DNA of 64,000 nucleotides from Pyrinomonadaceae bacterium. GTDB taxonomy: Bacteria; Acidobacteriota; Blastocatellia; Pyrinomonadales; Pyrinomonadaceae. The stretch lies in contig JBKBYA010000014.1 in the NCBI GenBank assembly GCA_046313635.1, forward strand, positions 11,318 through 75,317, written 5' to 3'. A model generated the notes under the pieces. The model was not told where the DNA came from and did no database searches. It was given only the letters and a program-made list of their open reading frames with translations. Position numbers and translations under genes: made by a program. Positions 56,529 through 64,000 of the stretch are shown here, in pieces (positions within the stretch are counted from its first letter, which is position 1; each line of letters starts with the position of its first letter).

Positions 56529-57595
56529 TTGTTTCTATTCGAGTTCAGTGAACTCTCCTCTCCCTTACCGTTCTCCAATGACTGGACTGCTCTGCGTTTG
56601 ATCTCGGTGCCGCGTTTGTAGCGGTGGACCGAGCGGAGGTCGCGGTGGCCGAGCAGGCCGGCGACGGTCATGTCGTCCCAGCCGAGCTCGTGGAGCCTGG
56701 TCCCGAACGTGCGGCGGAGGACGCGGGTGCCGATACGTCCGAGACCGGAGTCGTCGGAGGCGGTCCGCATCGCCTTTTTGACACTGGTGCCGCGGCCGCC
56801 GGTCTTCGGGCTAGGGAAGACCCACTCGCTTGTCGGATGCTCCGACATCCAGCGGCGGATGACGTCGAGGGCGGTGTCGTTGACGGGTAGTCGGACGCTC
56901 TTGCGGGTCTTGCCCTGGACGATCGTGATCTCGCCCGCGTCGAGGTCGACGTCGCGGCGGCGGAGCCCGAGGATGTCGTTCTGGCGAAGTCCGGTGTGGA
57001 TGATGACGCGGCAGACGTCTCGTGCCCAGTCGCTCTTGAACGCGGCAAAGAACCGCTCCTCGCTGCCGGGAGGGAGTACGCGGTCCTGGATGTTGTCGTA
57101 CGCAGGACGCTCGACGGCCGAGCACGGGTTGGTGTCGCAGACGCCGTTCTTGACGGCCCGGGTAAACAGTGCCGAGACGACGTTGAGCTCGCGGTCGACG
57201 GTCGCCGGGTTACGCGGCCGGCCGTCCTTTTTCGGCGTCCGCATCCGGTGCGTCTTGAAGCGTTCGATGTCGGCCGGGCGGATCGCACGGACGGGACGCC
57301 CCTTGAGAAACGCGAGCGAGTCGCGGATGATGCGGACGGCATTCTTGAAGTGCTCGGACGATCGGTTGGCCTCGACGAACGGCAGGTAGACGTCGGCCGC
57401 GAAGTCCTCGTAGAGGATGTCGGCGGCGTCGACCATGCGGTGCGACTCGAAGAATAGCTCGTGCTTCTTTTTGGTCTCGAGCTCCTCGGCCTGCTTGCGG
57501 GTCGTGCCGGCCGGCAGCCTGAATGTGTATGTGTGCCCCTGGTAGTCGAACTTTACCCGGAAGCGTTTGGTCTTTTTGTCAAGGTAGACGCCCAT
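56525..57595 (-). CDS. int: phage integrase (tyrosine recombinase)
   Basis: N-terminal arm-binding-like domain, TGLR, K, xxLRRTF, LLGH, Y; adjacent to the att core. Confidence 0.93.
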   Translation of the reverse strand: MGVYLDKKTKRFRVKFDYQGHTYTFRLPAGTTRKQAEELETKKKHELFFESHRMVDAADILYEDFAADVYLPFVEANRSSEHFKNAVRIIRDSLAFLKGRPVRAIRPADIERFKTHRMRTPKKDGRPRNPATVDRELNVVSALFTRAVKNGVCDTNPCSAVERPAYDNIQDRVLPPGSEERFFAAFKSDWARDVCRVIIHTGLRQNDILGLRRRDVDLDAGEITIVQGKTRKSVRLPVNDTALDVIRRWMSEHPTSEWVFPSPKTGGRGTSVKKAMRTASDDSGLGRIGTRVLRRTFGTRLHELGWDDMTVAGLLGHRDLRSVHRYKRGTEIKRRAVQSLENGKGEESSLNSNRNK

Positions 57596-57634
57596 GGTCG
57601 GTTGTCAGCAGTCCGCGAACTCTGTCGTGGCGGC

Positions 57635-57946
57635 TCATCTCTTCTCGGTCTCCCACGACGCTTGAAGTTCAGCTTGTCGATCGGCAGCCCTCGACTCGGC
57701 ACCTGCTCGAACATCATCTGGCAGGGAGTCCCTGAATTCGTCGCTCCAGAACTCGATCTCCTGTGTATACCACACGAAGCTCGCCAAAAGTTCGCCGTCG
57801 TCGTAGAGCATGGACACCTGTCCATTCGGATCGTCCGAGAACATCGTTTGCAGCTCGCTGAACGCATCGACGATCTCATCCGAATCGAACCGAACCGTTC
57901 GATTGTTTTTGGGGTTGGTGTAGTAGTGTTTAACAACTAAGGCCAT
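57635..57946 (-). CDS. hypothetical protein
   Basis: GGAGG RBS, 103 aa. Confidence 0.7.
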   Translation of the reverse strand: MALVVKHYYTNPKNNRTVRFDSDEIVDAFSELQTMFSDDPNGQVSMLYDDGELLASFVWYTQEIEFWSDEFRDSLPDDVRAGAESRAADRQAELQASWETEKR

Positions 57947-57956
57947 AGATCCTCCG

Positions 57957-58223
57957 TCAGTTTATACCGAGCATGTCCCGGTAGCGTTTGGTCTCGCCGG
58001 TTCGGGCCGGCTTTTTGGAGACCGTCTTTCGTTTCAGGTCGACACGCAGCTTGCTCTCGCCGAGAGACTCGAGAAAGTCGCGTACCTGGTCGCGATCAAA
58101 AAGCATGTCGCGTCCGAGTTTAACGTGAGGAATGTCGAGCTTCAAGACGTACTTGCGGAACGTCTTGGGGTGGCGGTGGTATTCGGCCGCGATCTCGATA
58201 AGAGTAAGTCGTTGTTGTCCCAT
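57957..58223 (-). CDS. putative excisionase (HTH_17-like)
   Basis: LT..E.A.......T.......IP..KLG...F...V..FL; upstream of the integrase. Confidence 0.75.
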   Translation of the reverse strand: MGQQRLTLIEIAAEYHRHPKTFRKYVLKLDIPHVKLGRDMLFDRDQVRDFLESLGESKLRVDLKRKTVSKKPARTGETKRYRDMLGIN

Positions 58224-58237
58224 CTCAGTCGCCCATC

Positions 58238-58468
58238 TCAGTCGCCCATCCAGGAGAACATCTCCGGAGGGTCGTTGATAAAGTCGTAGTCTGTGTCCCG
58301 CGGGGTCCGCGGCCGCGGTCGAAAGCGATTGGCGTCGGGGCCGCAGCTATACTGCCGCTCAACGTTTGCGTAGCTGCGAAATCGGTCGGCGGCGGAGCAC
58401 TCGTCAAACTCCTGATCGAGCGGGCTAAACACACAGTGTGCACAGTCCCTGCATTTGCGTTCGGTCAT
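58238..58468 (-). CDS. small Cys-rich hypothetical protein (C.DC.HC...CG..A..F)
   Basis: Start MTERKC coupled to the upstream stop. Confidence 0.65.
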   Translation of the reverse strand: MTERKCRDCAHCVFSPLDQEFDECSAADRFRSYANVERQYSCGPDANRFRPRPRTPRDTDYDFINDPPEMFSWMGD

Positions 58469-58767
58469 TGTTTTGCAAACTCGGCGTTGTAGCCGTTGTC
58501 CTCGAGCATCTCGATCGCCTCGACCGGGAGCTCGTAGACCCCGTCGAAGTCGATCAGCCGCTTGCGGCGGTCGAACCAGAGCGTGATGTCGCACCGGTCG
58601 GACTGCCCTTTGTAGATACCGTCGATGAACTCGAACTGCCACTGCAGCGTGGCCGCCAGACCGTCGGGATGGATCTCGAGACGCATCTCCGAGCGGGCGT
58701 GTCCGATGAAGTTGTGACGGGTCCCGTCGTCGCGGTTAATAGGTGATGTGAATCGTTTGGTGATCAT
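58465..58767 (-). CDS. hypothetical protein
   Basis: 100 aa; L.DFDGVYELP.E...L...G pattern. Confidence 0.7.
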   Translation of the reverse strand: MITKRFTSPINRDDGTRHNFIGHARSEMRLEIHPDGLAATLQWQFEFIDGIYKGQSDRCDITLWFDRRKRLIDFDGVYELPVEAIEMLEDNGYNAEFAKQ

Positions 58768-59147
58768 AGTGTCGAATGGAGGCCTGAGATCCCCACCTCA
58801 GGCCCCTCTGCTTTTACCCGATTTGTCTGTCCCACAGACTCTATCGCATAGGAGTAACCCCCTTATAACTGACCCGTCCGGTAAGGGTCGAGATCCGGAA
58901 CGGGCGTGTAATGCTCCGGCGGCCAAACCCGGAAAAGCCGAAACGTTTTCAAACATAAGCCTGTCTGCTCCGCGAGAAACGGCCGAACTAAAACCGGCCC
59001 GGTTGGATAGAACGTTCCTCTCGTAAATCTCTTAGCTCTGCGGCGAACTCGGCCTCGAATACGCGTCCGGCGTGTCTCGGTGTGTCGGCGTTGCGTGCCA
59101 GCACCGGCCCATCGCCTCGTGAACCGCTTTGTTGATCACTTCGTCGT

Positions 59148-59390
59148 TCATACCTGCTCCTGCAATTTGGCTTTCGTGGCTTCGTATGCCTCGCGGTCGA
59201 TGACGTACAAGACGAATATCTGCTTGTCGTCACCCACGAATTGGCGGTTTACGACCTCCGGCGACACCTGCATCGTAATGGTGGCGATCCCTTGAGCATT
59301 TAGGTTGCCGCCGAGACATTGAACTGAGTGCTCAACCTTGTCCTGCGGCATCGCCTTGAAAATGTCTAACGAGTGAATTTGCTTATCCAT
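59148..59390 (-). CDS. hypothetical protein
   Basis: 80 aa, GGAGG RBS. Confidence 0.6.
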   Translation of the reverse strand: MDKQIHSLDIFKAMPQDKVEHSVQCLGGNLNAQGIATITMQVSPEVVNRQFVGDDKQIFVLYVIDREAYEATKAKLQEQV

Positions 59391-59642
59391 CTACTTGTCC
59401 TCCTTCGCGGCCTCGAACGCTTTGTTTATTGTTTCGTTGTTCATCTTCGCCTTCCCGCATCGTACAGCGTGATTTTATCGACCTCGCCGCGTTCTATTTT
59501 CTCCACGCATTCCGGGTGCACCGCCCAATGATCGCGGAACGATTCACCTCGAACCGTTACCGGGCCTCGACACACGCAGCACGGCACATCGCGGAATTTT
59601 GGCGGCAGATGGCCGATTTGAAAAACAAGGGAGTTATATACT

Positions 59643-59786
59643 TCACTCCCGTTTCTCCTGTTCTTTTGGTTTAGTGCGGTCATATTTCTTTCGTTTTCGT
59701 TTCTTCTTTCTCTTTTCTTTCGGGCGATACTTCAAAACCACATCCGTTATCTTGTCTAGGACTTCGGGTACGTCTTTTTCGTTCAT
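59643..59786 (-). CDS. small basic ORF at the IS1595 end (MNEKDVPEVLDKITDVVLKYRPK..., 47 aa)
   Basis: Hand translation; coupled to the transposase stop; ends inside the inverted repeat. Confidence 0.55.
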   Translation of the reverse strand: MNEKDVPEVLDKITDVVLKYRPKEKRKKKRKRKKYDRTKPKEQEKRE

Positions 59787-60355
59787 GCGATTAGCTCCTT
59801 ATAGGTCAACCGCTTCCCGATCGGCATCGCAACGGTTCGACCGTCACGCTCCCGCATACCGAGAACGGGCTGTTTGCCGACAGGGCCGCGTCCTAAGTAG
59901 AGCTTCTTGTCTTCGTGCTTCGCAGATTCCTTGCCGCCGATGTAGGTCTCGTCTATCTCGACCATTCCGCGTAGTTTGTCGATCTTGTTCCCGCAAGCCT
60001 CTCGGAGCCGTTGAAGCATGAACCACGCGGACTTTTGGGTGACGCCGATCTCTTTAGCCAGTTGCATCGAGGAAATCCCTTTACGAGCGGTGGCAAACAG
60101 ATAAAGAGCCGCGAGCCATTTGTGGAGCGGGATATGCGAACGCTCAAAAATGGTTCCGGTGCGGACGGTGAAATCCAACTGACAAGCGTTACAGCGGTAA
60201 TAGCCGCCTTTGCGAACGGTGATTCGTTCCATTTTCTTGCAAGTTGGGCACGTTACACCGTCCGGCCACAGACGCGATTCCAGATACTGCCTCGCGGACT
60301 CTTGATCTGGAATCGCCTGAAAGAGTTGGAACGTGGAGATGGTGCTTTTACTCAT
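59783..60355 (-). pseudogene. IS1595-family transposase with in-frame internal deletion
   Basis: Zn ribbon (CPTC, CNAC), TIFE.SH.PL..W, GISS.QL, VEIDETY.GG; jumps from GRTVAMPI to terminal GKRLTY, lacking the TD/H/N..E segment. Confidence 0.85.
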
Positions 60356-60480
60356 TTATTCAATCCTCGCGTCTATTGGTTCAAATCTGTCCCGATTAAC
60401 GTACTAATGGGACACATTCTGTCCCGATAATAAACCGATTCTGCTCGCTAACATTCACCGCGTTACAATGCACTTCCGGG

Positions 60481-60723
60481 TTATCGTTCCCGACTTCGCC
60501 TTATCGCCCTGACTACATCAGAACACTCCCGGCAATACAGTTCGTGCCTGCGTGTCGCCGGGTTTGGCACTGAGTGAAACGCAATGTCCTCTTTCGTGAG
60601 GGCGTCCCCGCAACTCTCGCAAACGTCCGACTTCACGATCTGAACTGGATGGCCCGAAGGATCGAGGGACGATGTGCGATGGTTTCGGCTTATCTCCACT
60701 GCTTCACGTAATAAGTCGCTCAT
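60481..60723 (-). CDS. small Zn-finger passenger protein
   Basis: CESC...CREC. Confidence 0.6.
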   Translation of the reverse strand: MSDLLREAVEISRNHRTSSLDPSGHPVQIVKSDVCESCGDALTKEDIAFHSVPNPATRRHELYCRECSDVVRAIRRSRER

Positions 60724-61448
60724 TTCGCACTCCCCACCGTCAAATATGGCTTATCCCCGTCGAACGCGATCCCCACTTTTCGCCCGTTAGCGAACGTCAC
60801 CTCCGTGGGGAACGTATCGTCGTCTGCTGTGTAGTTGGAACCGGAAAGGGCTTTCTTCACCTCTGCCGCGAACGCCTTCAACTCGCTCGTGTCGAACCCG
60901 ACATTGCGGTATCCGTCATCGCAGGCACTTCTCTCTCCAGAGTCACGTGATAATGTTTCGTAATCGGGCAACGCCTCGATGTCCCTCAGTATTTCGTGTG
61001 TTTGCATTTGTCTTATCTCCAAATCTTCGCCACTTGTAGGAAAAAATGGCTGCTTTTTGCTACAAGCCTCTCGTGGGCTATGTTCGTCGTGACAGCAATT
61101 CAACGCGGCTGTTTTGAGTGCGAATAATGCGAACTCTATGGCCTTTTGTCTGTCCCACTTGCTAATGTTCTCCCCGAACCTTCTAGCGGCGTCCGTAATC
61201 TTTTTGACCATCGGGCATTGAACGCCGTCCGATTTCGCTATGTGCGACCAGTAGCCGCCACAGTGAGGGCAATCCGTGGGCTGTGGAGTTTCCTGAATCG
61301 GTGAGTTTTCCTGTGTAAGAAAATCCGCCGTCTCGTGAAAACAGTCCGACACATCGACCGAACCATCCGCCTTTATCTCATAAGGCCCGCAAATACCACA
61401 TTCCTGCACGCTAACATTGATCCTGTTAGGGTGCGTTTCTTTGTTCAT
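60720..61448 (-). CDS. Cys-rich hypothetical passenger protein
   Basis: CGIC, CPHC motifs; coupled to neighbours. Confidence 0.6.
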   Translation of the reverse strand: MNKETHPNRINVSVQECGICGPYEIKADGSVDVSDCFHETADFLTQENSPIQETPQPTDCPHCGGYWSHIAKSDGVQCPMVKKITDAARRFGENISKWDRQKAIEFALFALKTAALNCCHDEHSPREACSKKQPFFPTSGEDLEIRQMQTHEILRDIEALPDYETLSRDSGERSACDDGYRNVGFDTSELKAFAAEVKKALSGSNYTADDDTFPTEVTFANGRKVGIAFDGDKPYLTVGSAK

Positions 61449-62185
61449 ATTCTCTCGCATACATCACACTTAAAAATCTCGGGCACGTCATCGCGTCCCC
61501 AATAGGCCCCCGGAATCGCCCTCGCCGTTTGCTCTGCCCTTCTGGCGTATTGCGGGAAGTACCTACCGACCGCTTGAAGCTGTTTCAGGCTCATATTCTT
61601 GCAGGGCAGGCAGTTGTTGTGCGTGAACACCCGCTTGCCGTTTTCCTTGATGTCGTATATCGCCGGATGCCAGCCGATCACTCGATCCACGATCTCGAAA
61701 CAGTCCTGTTCGGTGAACTCTAAAATCGGGTACTCGAACGAATGGTCAACGTACTTCTTGGCTCGGTTGTAACGATTTACCTCGTGCGAGACGTAGCCGA
61801 TCAGTCGTACATCGCAGTTGTTGGCCGCGTAAAATGCGTCGGCTCGACGCATTTTAAGGTCACGCGAACACGGCGAAATCGTCGGATGTGGGATCATATT
61901 CTGCGATACGAAATAGTCGTTTACGCTTGCGATATTGAAGCCGACCTTGACGGTCTCAAATCTCCGCTTGGCGTACTGGATGCCATCACGAACGAACCGT
62001 AATGTATCCGGCGAATGCTCGGTTAAATGGGAATAGTAGAGAGCAAGGAACCTCGGGCGATATTCAACAGGAAACTCTTCACCTAAGAAACAGAGGACGG
62101 CCATAGAGTTGATGCCGCCCGATAACGGCAACAAAACCCGCTTGTCCGAATAGTCCCTAATCTGTTCTTGCGATAGAAGCCTCAT
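61445..62185 (-). CDS. PAPS-reductase-like/adenine nucleotide alpha-hydrolase family protein
   Basis: PP-loop LSGG.NS, PCS..LK, IG....E..R, YP.L, HNNC..C. Confidence 0.75.
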   Translation of the reverse strand: MRLLSQEQIRDYSDKRVLLPLSGGINSMAVLCFLGEEFPVEYRPRFLALYYSHLTEHSPDTLRFVRDGIQYAKRRFETVKVGFNIASVNDYFVSQNMIPHPTISPCSRDLKMRRADAFYAANNCDVRLIGYVSHEVNRYNRAKKYVDHSFEYPILEFTEQDCFEIVDRVIGWHPAIYDIKENGKRVFTHNNCLPCKNMSLKQLQAVGRYFPQYARRAEQTARAIPGAYWGRDDVPEIFKCDVCERI

Positions 62186-62412
62186 TCTCCGTCCCCCCTA
62201 AACGTTCTCGTTGAGGAACTATCCCCGCCACTTTCGGGTGATACTGGCTCATATTTGCTGATGTAACCCGCCTCGCACAGGCAGATGTCCTTGTCCCCGT
62301 TAGACATCTCCGTGCGGGCGTCGCAGAACAGGCCGTGCGGCGGGTGCCCGCAACCTTCGCAGGCTGGGACAAAATCTGTCCCTCTAGGGTTAATTAAAAT
62401 TTCTCTTTTCAT
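62182..62412 (-). CDS. small Cys/His hypothetical passenger protein
   Basis: CEGCGH..H...C...C.C; GGAGG RBS. Confidence 0.55.
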   Translation of the reverse strand: MKREILINPRGTDFVPACEGCGHPPHGLFCDARTEMSNGDKDICLCEAGYISKYEPVSPESGGDSSSTRTFRGDGE

Positions 62413-62425
62413 TTCGCCGCCTCCA

Positions 62426-62644
62426 TTACATACAACAAACGATCATCACGCCGTCGCGTCGGCCCGTGCCGAACTTTCTGCACACATTCACGCCGACCAC
62501 ATCCGTAGTCACAACGTCCACATCCACACCGACCTTCAGCCCGTAAGACTGGATCGCTTTTGCTATGAGTTCCTCAAGCTCGATGCGGTTCTCGAACCTA
62601 TTGGACTTGTCGTTGACGGCTATTTCGTAACGTGTGTAGGTCAT
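62426..62644 (-). CDS. hypothetical passenger protein (MTYTRYEI...)
   Basis: AGGAG RBS downstream of the IR promoter. Confidence 0.6.
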   Translation of the reverse strand: MTYTRYEIAVNDKSNRFENRIELEELIAKAIQSYGLKVGVDVDVVTTDVVGVNVCRKFGTGRRDGVMIVCCM

Positions 62645-62693
62645 TTTCTCTTTTCTCCTGTATTTTGCTGTGGTTTCTGCAACCAACAATCCA

Positions 62694-62722
62694 AATATAG
62701 CAGATTTACGTGAGGGAGTCAA
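62694..62722 (-). promoter_or_regulatory. inward promoter overlapping the IS inverted repeat
   Basis: Minus strand TTGACT-17 nt-TATATT with extended TG. Confidence 0.8.
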
Positions 62723-62829
62723 GTATATAATTCCCCAATTTTTTGTTGACGAAAACGCGCGTCCGGAACTAAGATTTCAGGCACCGACAAGGACTCCTGT
62801 TTGAGAGCGAGAGCTCTTTGTCGGCCCTT

Positions 62830-62878
62830 GAAATAGCCGCCAGTCGCCATCGGGAAAAGCGATCGGCGGCTATTTCTT
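62830..62878. terminator. bidirectional terminator-like hairpin
   Basis: GAAATAGCCGCC/GGCGGCTATTTC 12-bp stem. Confidence 0.75.
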
Positions 62879-62903
62879 CGCCTAGCCGTAAAGGTCGCCC
62901 TCG

Positions 62904-63533
62904 CTAAGCTGCTTCCCTCCTCGACGCCTCGAATTCGCTGATCAGCTGATTCAGACGTCCGACGAATTCGAAGTCTCGCGGCGAGAGGTCGAAGACGCTG
63001 CCGGCGAAAGCGATCGCGATCTCGCAGCGATCACCGAGCAATATCTCGCGGAGGTGCTCGTCGCGCAGGCTGCCCTTGATCGAGGACTTAGGTGCAGACG
63101 TTTTCGCCCGCGTTTCAGCGGCCAGCTCTGGAGCGGGTTCTTTGATCGGTTCTCGATCGACCTCGAAGCGCAGCTTGACGAGATTGTCGAGACCGACCTC
63201 CTCAACTGGCCGCTCGATCGGTGCCGGCTCTTCCGCAATGCCGGCGATGCCCCTGCCCAGGTCGGTCAGGTACCATCGCCTCTGCTCACCCTCGTTCTGC
63301 TCGAAGCGAAACCAGCCGTGCGAGAGGCCGGCCGAGAGCGTGTTGTAAACTTCCGGCGGCGAGACGTCGAGCTCGTCCGAGATTTCGGCGATCGACGTCA
63401 TGCCGTGGCCTAGAGCGATCATCACGCTCAAGCTGAGCGTCGAGGGCTCGGCTTCGTTCTCGACCGTCGCTACTCCCTCGACCTCGACGGCCGCTTCCAT
63501 TGTTTGCGTTGCTGTGGTTTCCAACATGATCAC
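62904..63533 (-). CDS. winged-helix DNA-binding protein
   Basis: SIAEISDELDVS..EVY..L....GW......Y.LT..G wHTH pattern. Confidence 0.7.
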   Translation of the reverse strand: MIMLETTATQTMEAAVEVEGVATVENEAEPSTLSLSVMIALGHGMTSIAEISDELDVSPPEVYNTLSAGLSHGWFRFEQNEGEQRRWYLTDLGRGIAGIAEEPAPIERPVEEVGLDNLVKLRFEVDREPIKEPAPELAAETRAKTSAPKSSIKGSLRDEHLREILLGDRCEIAIAFAGSVFDLSPRDFEFVGRLNQLISEFEASRREAA

Positions 63534-64000
63534 TTACCTCCTTTGGCGGCCTTCTTGGCGGTCGCGGGCTTCTCTTCTTTCTCTTTTTTGCGCGGCCAGT
63601 AAACGGTCGGCGGTTTCGAGGGCTTTCCCGCTTCGATCGCTTCGAGATGTGCCTGTGCGGCCAGACGATGAGTTTCCGGGACAGCACTGACGCGAGCTTT
63701 CGCGGCGAGCAGATCGTAGTTCTCACCGAATTCGTCGGCGAGCTCGCGGACCTTGGTTTGGTCGCCGACGTTCGACCAGTCAGACTCCCCGAACGAACGG
63801 AAACAGTAAAGGGCCAGAAGCCGCGAGACGGTGTCCATATCGAAGTCGGCGACGATCTTGAAGTAGTCTTTGTCCGAATACTCGTTTTTGATCAGGACTG
63901 TCGGGACCAGATCTCCGAACGGCCGGAATGTGCGACTTACCTCTCGGCCCAATTCAGCCAGGATCGTTGCGAGGAGGAATCGCCTGCCTTCGTCGCCGTC
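63530..64000 (-). CDS. C-terminal part of a protein truncated by the window edge
   Basis: Frame open to the window end; Lys/Ala-rich tail; coupled to the next gene. Confidence 0.6.
   Translation of the reverse strand, partial: DGDEGRRFLLATILAELGREVSRTFRPFGDLVPTVLIKNEYSDKDYFKIVADFDMDTVSRLLALYCFRSFGESDWSNVGDQTKVRELADEFGENYDLLAAKARVSAVPETHRLAAQAHLEAIEAGKPSKPPTVYWPRKKEKEEKPATAKKAAKGGK

Larger units (their letters stand above)
59629..62736 (-). mobile_element. IS1595-family non-autonomous element with passenger genes
   Basis: 22-bp inverted repeats GGGAGTTATATACTTCACTCCC (59629-59650) and GGGAGTCAAGTATATAATTCCC (62714-62735), 2 mismatches; internal IS1595 transposase remnant; lower GC. Confidence 0.85.

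Noticed and set aside
59441..59683. ORF 59441..59683 as an intact gene
   Set aside because: It starts inside the IS and reads through the inverted repeat (GSEVYNS); probably a chimera with the 3' remnant of an interrupted gene.
37720..62810. Pairing between the sRNA loop (TTGAGA, about 62801) and TCTCAA sites at about 37722 and 37781
   Set aside because: Six-base matches are expected by chance.
1..64000. Apparent enrichment of TCGA/CGATCG-containing words
   Set aside because: Noticeable by eye but cannot be separated from codon usage without a Markov-model count.

Overview
The whole window looks like part of one GC-rich temperate siphovirus (long-tailed dsDNA phage) genome longer than 64 kb. 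No host chromosomal DNA is evident. Layout: (1) 1-5600, leftward early genes, mostly small hypotheticals, from a strong sigma70-type promoter. (2) About 5600-6800, a non-coding switch/packaging-like region. (3) 6800-34000, rightward lysis genes, terminase, portal, scaffold, capsid, neck, tail tube, tail chaperone with a -1 frameshift, a 1759-aa tape measure with a lytic transglycosylase domain, and tail-tip/tailspike genes. (4) 34000-38750, nucleotide metabolism, SSB and a Rad52-type annealase. (5) 38750-44000, a separately transcribed virion fibre-like module. (6) 44000-54600, a nearly self-contained replication module (primase-helicase, RNase H, PolA, beta clamp, Gp157, MazG-like, RusA). (7) A XerD-like recombinase, an attP-like site carrying the 3' half of tRNA-Val(GAC), integrase and excisionase. 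(8) 59629-62736, an IS1595-family element with an internally deleted transposase and phage-like cargo. Best novelty candidates: a lambda-gpL-like tail-tip protein ending in a complete mini-intein/Hint domain where gpK/gpI are absent; a possible ruler-templated fibre (small beta subunit, a protein with 21 x 22-aa repeats, and an adaptor, with an internal terminator); a PolA with a QxxLF clamp-binding motif next to a phage beta clamp; and several structured non-coding RNA candidates. The host may be Acidobacteriota (Blastocatellia-like), but this is a weak inference from remembered protein similarity. All family assignments come from motif recognition by eye, not database searches.
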